The notes under the pieces are model-generated. The model was not told the DNA's origin and made no database searches. It worked only from the letters and a program-made list of their open reading frames with translations. Positions 43,338 to 51,398 of a stretch of DNA of 51,398 nucleotides are shown here, piece after piece. Position 1 is the first letter of the stretch; each line of letters opens with the position of its first letter. Position numbers and translations under genes: made by a program. The stretch is from Bdellovibrionota bacterium. Its GTDB lineage: Bacteria; Bdellovibrionota_C; UBA2361; JBIKUX01. Location: contig JBIKUX010000019.1 of NCBI GenBank assembly GCA_044347345.1, positions 1 through 51,398 on the forward strand. Direction: 5' to 3'.

Positions 43338-43679
43338 ATGCCATCCATCACAACTCAAGTAATATCATCAGCCGCATCTTCCTCTGGAGCTGTTAAAAAA
43401 CCAGCTAGAAACAAAGAAAAGGCTCAAGAAAAACAGGATAATAATAGAGCAGCTGAGATAGCTCAGGTTAAAGCTGAAGCTCGACGTGCTAACGCAAACC
43501 CTGAAGTTAATAAACAGCCAGTTGCAAGAGACAGAACCTCTCCAACAACCTATAGTCCGAGAACTATCGCTGAAGACCGACGAAGAGCCTCAGCTCCGAC
43601 TGAAAGAAATGAAGATTTGAGTAGCAAACCAATGCCTCAGGCAAGAGAAGTAGCGCAAAGATTAGACAAAGTCGCATAA
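43338..43679 (+). CDS. Hydrophilic, probably disordered hypothetical protein
   Basis: GAGGT RBS; Ala/Glu/Lys/Arg-rich; ends RLDKVA. Confidence 0.65.
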   Translation: MPSITTQVISSAASSSGAVKKPARNKEKAQEKQDNNRAAEIAQVKAEARRANANPEVNKQPVARDRTSPTTYSPRTIAEDRRRASAPTERNEDLSSKPMPQAREVAQRLDKVA

Positions 43680-43754
43680 TAATAAATTATTAATAGCAAC
43701 TTTTCCTAAACAAACTCGACTATGCCAGTTTCAGAATTGAGTCTGGGATAGTAA

Positions 43755-44231
43755 GTGAAAGTGATAGATAACAAAGTTGGTAACAGAAATAATAGAGATA
43801 TTAAAGATCATACGGATAGTATCATCACAGGAGAGATTTTTTCGTACTTCTTAATGACCCTTGTTGTGGCAATTTTCTGCACTGTAAAGCACTTCACTAA
43901 GAGCAAAAAAAATAAACTCTCAGATAACGAGATAGCTAGATTAATTTCATTGGAAGACTCAGAATCTAAGATAGTATTTGGACAACCTGTATCTCTTTAC
44001 GATACCGATGCAACTTTATTAGAACTTATACCTAAGGTAGGTTCCGCTACAGCAAATCGCTTAATAAAGAATAAGTTTGAAATAAGTAAGGCGCGATGCC
44101 ATTCCTATGAGGCTACAGTATATACGCTGAAACACAAAGTAAAGCTCTCTACCCCTCAAGCGAAGCTACTACCAAAATTTATTGAGCCAGATGGCTGCTC
44201 GAAGATTTTTTTTAGTTTGCCTCCACCATAG
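43755..44231 (+). CDS. Membrane-anchored protein with ComEA-like helix-hairpin-helix motif
   Basis: One TM segment, then VSL....ATLLELIPKVG.A.A.RLI. Confidence 0.5.
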   Translation: MKVIDNKVGNRNNRDIKDHTDSIITGEIFSYFLMTLVVAIFCTVKHFTKSKKNKLSDNEIARLISLEDSESKIVFGQPVSLYDTDATLLELIPKVGSATANRLIKNKFEISKARCHSYEATVYTLKHKVKLSTPQAKLLPKFIEPDGCSKIFFSLPPP

Positions 44232-47200
44232 AAAGTGACTGACGATACTTGCTCTCAAAAACGGGGGAAAAGGCATACTTGTGCCGTCCCAGATATAACT
44301 TTAACGCGTCTACGATAACCTTCTGATCATCTACAAAAGCCCTAAGAGCTAAACGAAGATTGGCTAATTCAGGATGGTTTGGATTTAAAAGTTCTAATTC
44401 AGCTATTCTCTGATCAAGTTTTGATGAAACGTTTCTTTCAAATTCCACTTCAACTTCAAAAAATTCTCCTAAATAAGGTGGTAACACCACTTTCTCCCCG
44501 TTCCATCCTTTTTTAACTACATCGATAAAAGGGACGGCATCGTAAACTTGGCTGTGATCTAAAGTAATAATATAAGCTTGATCAGGGTTTGGCCCAGATC
44601 CCCACGGTGAACGAATTTCTAAATGCTGCCTTCTTCGAGTAGTAGATACTACGGTTTTCGGTTTAAAAGCATATTCCTTTCGTTCAGGAAATATTGATTT
44701 ATAGTACTCCATTACATGACGTGCTGGTTCTGGGACTATGTCTCCAAATCGCCCACTCTGTAGAATTGGTATGTACTCAGGAAGAGGCCACGGTGGTGGT
44801 GGTGGTGGGTCAACAATTGAAAAAGGTGATGATTGTCTCCTAAATTCAAAGCGTGCCTCTTTCACAGTAGTCATTAAATTATCGTCGGCTTCTCTACCTG
44901 TTTTGCCTTGAAACTCAATTCTATATGGCCAAAAATCAGGGTTTAATGGAGATTTTATATGTCTATCGTGAGTCTTTTTATCTTTAAAACGATTTCGTAA
45001 CCTGTAAGAAACGTGATGAGTTTTATTCACATAGTCATCTGTATCAAAATAAATATCTCGGTATACTGATTCACCAACCACCGGAACTATCCTATAAGGA
45101 GTTTGAGTGTATTTCGGAGCATTCCATCTTGATGTATCTTTAACTGCCTCTACTAACGCCGCATTGAATGCTAATGCCAACGCCTCTCCATCAATCACAG
45201 AAATTTTTTCTTTATGGTCTGCACTTGTGATGCCGTACCGATATTCTCTTTCCGAACGAACAGGTGTGCCGTAAGACCGAGAATTAGCTAAGTTAATATC
45301 ATGGGTCAGTATTGGTGGTTCAATGAAAGTGGCGTTATCTTCACTGATAGATGAGTTAACGTTACTTATCGCTCGAACTACACCACCTAAGAATTTTGTA
45401 TCTTTTAACGTCGCATGCGAATCGACCAAGCCAAGCGTCGATTTAGCAAAAGTAACATCATTTAACTGAGCATCTACTCCATGCAATGCTAGGGAACCTC
45501 GGTAGTAAACATAGCCCACCTCCCCTTCACTTCCGCCTTCTATCCGCACATGACTTAGGCGCGAGGTTTGTCGCTTAAGACCAGAAATACCCAGAACACC
45601 AATGGTTTTAAACGAGCGCTTACCATCATTTGAATCCGAGTTATTTCCGCGAAAAATAATAGGCTTCTCAGGGGTTCCCTCTGCGATTATTTTTCCTCCA
45701 CGAACAATGATGCTACATCTACTGCAAATATTTACCGTAGTGCCAGCAGCTACAATAAGATCCGTTTGCTCGGGTAAAATTAAATTGGAGGAGATATTAA
45801 CTTCACCACTCCACTTAATGGGGTCTGGGATTGTACGTAAAGTTTCACTCCACCACCCAGGCAAAGTCTCTGAGGGTAAATTAGCAATGTTTTCATTTAA
45901 TTTAGCGGTATACTGAGGTAAGTCTTCACCGGTGATACCGTTTTGAGCAGTAACTGTTACTACATTTCCAATCTCACCATCCCCATCGAGCACTATTCTG
46001 TACTCATAACGAGCTGGAAGCTTTTTATTACTTTGCCAAGTATTTGATACTGTACCCCTAGAATATAAAAAATCATCCAAAGCAAATACTACATATCCAT
46101 TATCAACTTTTGCATTTAGACTAGACTTAGTTCCCAAACGCTCAAGTCTTAATTGTGTGGTTTGACTACTATTAGAAACCGGAATTTTAATACTCTTTAG
46201 CTTAATAGAAGGAGTACCAAAGTTAATTATAGATAAACTCTGGTAGCTATGAGTACCTTTATAAATTGTATGGTACTTAGCATCCCTAAGAGCTGCAATT
46301 AACTTTTCGTTACGAGTCTTTATAATTTTTAATAGGTCTACCACACCGAGATGAAATTCCTTATTTGATAAAAAATTAACTCGGGTGTGAAGAGCTGTTA
46401 ATTTAAAAGGGTCAGCCTCAACGTCATTTTTTATCTTGTTGTATTCGTCATTAATAAATTTAGATAAACTATCTGTCGATAAAACACCGCTATTAATATA
46501 TTGCCAAATCTTTTGATGTTTTTGATGGTGGAATTCTGGTACCGAAACAACCTTTTCAAATAGGGTATTTACTGGCAGATCAATTTCACCATTTTGGTCG
46601 CCCCACATATAGGCCGCTGTATCCCAAACGATAGGTTGGAGAACTCCTTTACGCGGATTTAAATACCATTTGTGATTATGAGTATCATCGACGTGGTTGG
46701 AGCCAACTATTTCAAGTAATGCTATATAGGCCAATGCAGTATCAGTATCGATAATTTCTCGAATTTTTGGTAAAAACTCCTCAATAGAACGCTTGCGATT
46801 TAAAACGGATAAAAGATGCTTGATAGGATTTTTTTCACCAAAATCAGGATCTGCAACGCCACGATCTAAATTTGGCCCATCTATAGTCCAAGCGTCTACT
46901 TGATGAAATAATGATTTACGCTTACCTGGCGAATAGATCTGTTCTGTTGTTATATCACCAATGTATATATATCCAGCATCCAATCCTCGATATGTTAAAA
47001 AAGATTGATCTACCTGTTCTAAAAAAATACGGGTTCCATCAAATTGTCGATTGAGTCGGAAATGAACTGGGTAAGCTGATGGAGAGATTAATCCGATTCG
47101 CTTTCCCATCTCATATCCAAGATAATCAGCTATACGAGACTCCGTACGAGGCAGATATAGATTAAATATCCGCCGCCCATCATAGACTTTAGCTCCCCTA

Positions 47201-47721
47201 AGCTGCACTCGCCAGGATTTTTGGGGAAAAGCCCAATGATTTATAGAGTCCCCACGATATCGTACCTTTGCTTCATAAACAGAACTACCGGAAGGAGAGG
47301 TATTAAGTTTAACCTTAGCATTTTGAAATTCTCGACCAGACTCGGGAAGCTTACTATTTAACGCGTCAATCTTTTCGCCCCTGATATAAATTTCTACTGA
47401 TGGAAGATGAGATTCATGCTTAGAAATTTCAGGAACAGTTGAAGAAAAAATAATGCCAGAAAGTAACTTTTTTCCACCTATAAGAGCCTTTTCAGGCAAT
47501 GTTTTTGCTTGTTCGGCACGTTCTCGTGGTACTAAAGACAAAAATTTTAAAGTTACTACCGCTAGCAAGCACAAGACGGACAATATAAGAATCGCTTTAC
47601 AAAAAAATCGTACTTTAATGCTCCTAGCCATGCTCTTGAGATACGAAATTTGGTATCCCGAATCGTGTGAACTAGGTAAACCTGTAGTAGAAGTAGTTAA
47701 GTCAGACGAGAATAAAGGCAT
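44212..47721 (-). CDS. CotH-kinase / beta-helix / CYTH-like multidomain membrane-anchored protein
   Basis: KVRYRGD...HW...KSWR, HN..WY.NP, PIVWD (CotH); G.I.AEGT.EKPI.F (beta-helix entry); EREYR, DIYFDT, YRLR.R, ITLD, EVEVE (CYTH/VTC). Confidence 0.75.
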   Translation of the reverse strand: MPLFSSDLTTSTTGLPSSHDSGYQISYLKSMARSIKVRFFCKAILILSVLCLLAVVTLKFLSLVPRERAEQAKTLPEKALIGGKKLLSGIIFSSTVPEISKHESHLPSVEIYIRGEKIDALNSKLPESGREFQNAKVKLNTSPSGSSVYEAKVRYRGDSINHWAFPQKSWRVQLRGAKVYDGRRIFNLYLPRTESRIADYLGYEMGKRIGLISPSAYPVHFRLNRQFDGTRIFLEQVDQSFLTYRGLDAGYIYIGDITTEQIYSPGKRKSLFHQVDAWTIDGPNLDRGVADPDFGEKNPIKHLLSVLNRKRSIEEFLPKIREIIDTDTALAYIALLEIVGSNHVDDTHNHKWYLNPRKGVLQPIVWDTAAYMWGDQNGEIDLPVNTLFEKVVSVPEFHHQKHQKIWQYINSGVLSTDSLSKFINDEYNKIKNDVEADPFKLTALHTRVNFLSNKEFHLGVVDLLKIIKTRNEKLIAALRDAKYHTIYKGTHSYQSLSIINFGTPSIKLKSIKIPVSNSSQTTQLRLERLGTKSSLNAKVDNGYVVFALDDFLYSRGTVSNTWQSNKKLPARYEYRIVLDGDGEIGNVVTVTAQNGITGEDLPQYTAKLNENIANLPSETLPGWWSETLRTIPDPIKWSGEVNISSNLILPEQTDLIVAAGTTVNICSRCSIIVRGGKIIAEGTPEKPIIFRGNNSDSNDGKRSFKTIGVLGISGLKRQTSRLSHVRIEGGSEGEVGYVYYRGSLALHGVDAQLNDVTFAKSTLGLVDSHATLKDTKFLGGVVRAISNVNSSISEDNATFIEPPILTHDINLANSRSYGTPVRSEREYRYGITSADHKEKISVIDGEALALAFNAALVEAVKDTSRWNAPKYTQTPYRIVPVVGESVYRDIYFDTDDYVNKTHHVSYRLRNRFKDKKTHDRHIKSPLNPDFWPYRIEFQGKTGREADDNLMTTVKEARFEFRRQSSPFSIVDPPPPPPWPLPEYIPILQSGRFGDIVPEPARHVMEYYKSIFPERKEYAFKPKTVVSTTRRRQHLEIRSPWGSGPNPDQAYIITLDHSQVYDAVPFIDVVKKGWNGEKVVLPPYLGEFFEVEVEFERNVSSKLDQRIAELELLNPNHPELANLRLALRAFVDDQKVIVDALKLYLGRHKYAFSPVFESKYRQSLSMVEAN

Positions 47722-47762
47722 TTACTTTCTCACTAGATTAATAACTTTACACAAGGTAAACC

Positions 47763-48602
47763 TTAAGGAATTAATACTAATTCTTCTAAACGTTCAGCCG
47801 CTAAGTCTCCAAAAATTAAAAAACGAAAATCTGTAGATATTCGCCTCAACTCATCATCAGGCAGACTTCCGTCTAAAAATTGCTCATAAAAAGGTGAATT
47901 GATAAGTGGTAAAAGCGAAGCTCTCCATCCCATATCTCTAGCTACCCTAACATTGGCCGGAGTATCATCTACAAAGCAAATATTTTGTGGGCTTAATTCA
48001 CCATTTCGCTTTTTTAACCACCGCTCTGCGGCACAGAAAGCAATTTTGTAAATCTCAGGTGCTGGCTTTTCACACCCAACATCTTGACCGAATAAGACTA
48101 CATCAAAAATATCTCTCAGGCGTAACGTAGCTTCCACATCCGCTTCATGCCATGGGATAGAATTGGATAAAGCTCCTACCCCTATACCTCGCGACCGAAT
48201 CTCTCTTATAAGACGAAGCGCCCTTGGTCGCACTGACCCAATTATTTGCGAGCTAACCGCTTTTACATCAAGTGCCAACACTGGATCCTTATCAAGTAAG
48301 TTAGAGTCCACCCCTAGTGCCTTTAAAAAACCCCGAGCAAACTCAAATGGCCCACTTCTGCCAGTAGCAAAAGGTATCCACACCTCACTGTCTCTAAGAG
48401 AGGGTAAAACCTCACTTGGTGGAAAATAACTCCCCTTCAGGGTAGATACTAAATTAGCCGCTGCCTTCGAAAAAATATCCCAGTGTAGATCAATTAAAAC
48501 ACTGCCAATATCGAAGTACATAAACTTACAATCTTGATCCACCGAAGAGAGATCAAGACGAGTAACTAACAGACGATCATCAAAACTTAAGCACGGCCAC
48601 AT
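47763..48602 (-). CDS. HAD-superfamily phosphatase (YihX-like)
   Basis: FDIGSVL, LSNS, EKP.PEIY, FVDD..ANV..A...G. Confidence 0.85.
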   Translation of the reverse strand: MWPCLSFDDRLLVTRLDLSSVDQDCKFMYFDIGSVLIDLHWDIFSKAAANLVSTLKGSYFPPSEVLPSLRDSEVWIPFATGRSGPFEFARGFLKALGVDSNLLDKDPVLALDVKAVSSQIIGSVRPRALRLIREIRSRGIGVGALSNSIPWHEADVEATLRLRDIFDVVLFGQDVGCEKPAPEIYKIAFCAAERWLKKRNGELSPQNICFVDDTPANVRVARDMGWRASLLPLINSPFYEQFLDGSLPDDELRRISTDFRFLIFGDLAAERLEELVLIP

Positions 48603-48617
48603 ATTTTTAAAACTATA

Positions 48618-49556
48618 CTACTCTGCTACTTCTATAAATACATCTACCTGTTGACCTACATAAACCGGAAAGTTCTCATCTGCTACAGTAAACAAAACCT
48701 GAAGTACTCGAGTATCAGTTCGTTCACTACTTAATCCGGTAAGAGAACGTTTTGGAATAACATACGGCTCTACTCTGAAAAAAGTAAGAGCTGACTTTAA
48801 AGAATTATTTCCCCTTACTATTGCCTCTCCTCTTACGCCTGGCTTAATACGCCATGCGTCGTTTTCATCAATATCAGCACGAACAATAAATCGGCTAATA
48901 TTTCCCAAAATACAAAAAGGCTCAGCTTGCAGTCCACCTTGAACGTACTCTCCTGGACGAATGTTTACCTGAAGTACCTTACCATCAATAGGAGACCTTA
49001 CAATACTGCGCTCAAGCTCGGTCTCAACCAGCTTAAGCGCACTTTCAGCAACCGTAAGTCTGGCAGCGGAGGCTTTAACGCCAGCCTCTAATCTAGCTAA
49101 AGAAAACCTTGCTTTATCCTCTTCTTCGGTGCTAGAGGCTCCAGCTTTTGTTAAACTAATTACACGATTGTAAACCATCTGTGCATCATCACGCTCTGCT
49201 TTACGTTCAAATTCCTCAGCACGAGCAACAGCTACATCTGCTATTTTCATCTGTAGTTGAGCAAAAAGCTCTCGCCGGTCCAACGTAAAAAGAGGATCAC
49301 CCTTTGCTACCGTTTGCCCAGATTCGACTAACACTTCCTCTATTATTCCAGCAAAGGGAACACCAATTAGTACATTATTTGAAAGAGGCTCGATTATTCC
49401 CGCACCTGCCACACGATTCCTAAATGGTGACAGAGACGGGGAAACGATTGGCTCTGCTGGTGTAACTTCAGCCGAGCCAAGCTTAACCACTTTTATGGCG
49501 AAAAACACGCCAAATATGGCAACCAAAGGTAGAATAATTTGCTTAAGTTTCATCAT
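48618..49556 (-). CDS. Efflux periplasmic adaptor (membrane fusion protein)
   Basis: N-terminal TM, G.IEEVLV..GQ.V.KGDPL, coiled coil, RSPIDG.V, RTDTRVLQV. Confidence 0.9.
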   Translation of the reverse strand: MMKLKQIILPLVAIFGVFFAIKVVKLGSAEVTPAEPIVSPSLSPFRNRVAGAGIIEPLSNNVLIGVPFAGIIEEVLVESGQTVAKGDPLFTLDRRELFAQLQMKIADVAVARAEEFERKAERDDAQMVYNRVISLTKAGASSTEEEDKARFSLARLEAGVKASAARLTVAESALKLVETELERSIVRSPIDGKVLQVNIRPGEYVQGGLQAEPFCILGNISRFIVRADIDENDAWRIKPGVRGEAIVRGNNSLKSALTFFRVEPYVIPKRSLTGLSSERTDTRVLQVLFTVADENFPVYVGQQVDVFIEVAE

Positions 49557-50262
49557 GTTTTTCTACAGCCTCCGCTCCTGAACGCACAGCTATCACTTTT
49601 CCGTCATCCATCAGAGATACTCGATCAGCAAATTTATATATACGTGAGTCATGGGTGACAATAATGAGGGTCGCTTGGTGTTCGTAACTTAGTTCACGGA
49701 ATAAACCGAGAATTTTCATTCCATTTTCATGGTCTAATGCACTCGTTGGTTCATCACAAACAACTATTTTAGGTGAATGTATGAGAGCTCTAGCAATGGC
49801 TACCCTTTGCTGCTGACCACCTGATAGGCGGTTAGGAAGTTCGTCACTTCTGTCCTCTAAGCCAACTCTATTTAAGAGTCGTGCCGCTTCTCGTAAGCTA
49901 TCTTTGTGTGAATAACCGTTAACAATCAACGGTACAGCAACATTTTCAGCTACTGATAAGGTAGGAATTAAATTAAATGCTTGAAAGACAAATCCTACTG
50001 ATTTACCCCTAAATAAAGCTTTTTCTCGCTGACTCATAAGACTAAGGTCTTGTCCTAAAACGATACAAGTTCCAGAGTCCGGAGTTAGGATACCTGCGAC
50101 TACAGATATTAGAGTGGTCTTACCACATCCAGATGGCCCTACAATCATGTGTAGTTCTCCCTGCTCAACAGTTAGATTAACCCCGGATAAAGCTGAAACA
50201 GTTGAGCCTGCTGTGGAAAAAGATTTAACCAGGTAGCGACACTCTACAGCATGAAATGCCAT
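49543..50262 (-). CDS. ABC transporter ATP-binding protein (LolD/MacB/DevA-like)
   Basis: GPSGCGKTT, VFQAFNL, LSGGQQQRVAIARAL, CDEPT, VTHD. Confidence 0.95.
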   Translation of the reverse strand: MAFHAVECRYLVKSFSTAGSTVSALSGVNLTVEQGELHMIVGPSGCGKTTLISVVAGILTPDSGTCIVLGQDLSLMSQREKALFRGKSVGFVFQAFNLIPTLSVAENVAVPLIVNGYSHKDSLREAARLLNRVGLEDRSDELPNRLSGGQQQRVAIARALIHSPKIVVCDEPTSALDHENGMKILGLFRELSYEHQATLIIVTHDSRIYKFADRVSLMDDGKVIAVRSGAEAVEKHDET

Positions 50263-50268
50263 TATTAC

Positions 50269-51398
50269 TCAACTCCGAAATACCACAGCCGGATCTAACT
50301 TGATAACTTTTATCATACTTAATATGGCAGCAAGAACACAGATAAACACCACTGCACCACCTACAATTAAAAGTAATTGCCACGGCAGAAAAAAAGCTAA
50401 TTCAGATTTTTTACTGATAAAATAAAACCAAGATGCACCACCTACCCCTAATCCGTATCCAATACACCCTACCATCACAGCTTGAACAACTATCATTTTA
50501 AGTAAGGTACCACTAGTTGCTCCCATCGCTTTGAGAGCGCCAAAATAGCGAAGATTATCGAGAGTAAAATTATAAAAAGTTTGTCCAGCTATTACAGTGC
50601 CGACTAATAAACCCAGTATAACTGCAATACCAAAATTTATTGGTATACCAGTATTTTTCAAAAAATATCCTACTGTTTTTTCCTTAAATTCTTCTCGAGT
50701 AAACGCTCCTAATCCAGTTTCTTTCTTAATTCGTTCGGCAAGAAGCTTTGGTGACTCTCCAGCACTAGCTTTCACCAGAACAAAGGACAGTAAGCGACGC
50801 TCTTTAGGGGCATACGAGGTAGCACGAGAATAAGTTGTATAAAGAATCGGCTGAGATTGAAATGTCCGAGTTACTCGCGCGATTCCTACTACAATGGCTC
50901 TATTATCATTAAGTTCGAGAGTGTCACCTATTTTAAGAGGCTGGACAGTGCCATCCGGAAATCTTCTAGCTAGCTTGGTACGAGCTCCTACTTCATCAAC
51001 TATTACCCCATCAGCACGTCGAAGATCAGAAAGTGCCCCTTGCACCATCTTAGGAGGGCCTCCAAGTAATGTAGTATCATCTAACCCAATTACATTACAT
51101 GTTTGAAAGGCACCGTTGTATAACCTAGCCTTTAATTGGCCTTTATACATAGGAACAGCCCACTCAACACCTTTAATACCTTTTACTCTCAGTAATTGAG
51201 TATCTTGCAGTGGTTTAATGTCGTCGACATACTGTACTTTTGGATCTACCACCCAAATATCTGGCTGACCGGTATCAGTAAGAAATCCAAAAGTTCTGGA
51301 CATAAGCCCACAAAAGATAGAGCCTTGTTGAGTTATCACAAAAGCAGAAAAAGCTATACCAAGGATCATTCCTAAGTAACGACCTTTTTCACCTACTA
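50269..51398 (-). CDS. ABC transporter permease (FtsX/MacB/DevC-like); 5' end beyond the window
   Basis: Frame stays open to the window edge (VGEKGRYLGMIL...); periplasmic domain, FGALKAMGA, DPAVVFR. Confidence 0.9.
   Translation of the reverse strand, partial: VGEKGRYLGMILGIAFSAFVITQQGSIFCGLMSRTFGFLTDTGQPDIWVVDPKVQYVDDIKPLQDTQLLRVKGIKGVEWAVPMYKGQLKARLYNGAFQTCNVIGLDDTTLLGGPPKMVQGALSDLRRADGVIVDEVGARTKLARRFPDGTVQPLKIGDTLELNDNRAIVVGIARVTRTFQSQPILYTTYSRATSYAPKERRLLSFVLVKASAGESPKLLAERIKKETGLGAFTREEFKEKTVGYFLKNTGIPINFGIAVILGLLVGTVIAGQTFYNFTLDNLRYFGALKAMGATSGTLLKMIVVQAVMVGCIGYGLGVGGASWFYFISKKSELAFFLPWQLLLIVGGAVVFICVLAAILSMIKVIKLDPAVVFRS

Overview
About 51 kb of AT-rich chromosome from a diderm bacterium (LptD is present). 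Gene style suggests a Bdellovibrionota/deltaproteobacteria-like genome, which is inference only. Most of the window is housekeeping and envelope genes: accD-lptD-rmlB-rmlD-manC-gmd-rmd, a polyprenyl synthase, a DprE1-like oxidase, Nif3, pgk, coaE, ychF and an ABC/MFP exporter. The best candidate for an undescribed system is a compact four-gene small-molecule module at 39564-43152: an NNMT/PNMT/TEMT-type N-methyltransferase, an atypical SMR/DMT exporter, an amidinotransferase and a fold-III ornithine/lysine decarboxylase. It is predicted to make and export an N-methylated guanidino-alkylamine. It sits head-to-head with a double-CHASE4 hybrid kinase / HPt / CheY-like phosphorelay. Other notable items: a CotH-kinase/beta-helix/CYTH fusion; a catalytically degenerate DNA-methyltransferase-like gene beside a RAYT-like HUH nuclease; three clustered bPH_2 paralogs; an orphan FlgM-like gene with sigma28-like motifs before non-flagellar genes; a PGK with an altered substrate patch; a degenerate repeat tract before ychF; and a probable IS end truncating the first gene. 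No rRNA, tRNA or CRISPR array was recognised. All calls come from reading motifs by eye; no searches were run.
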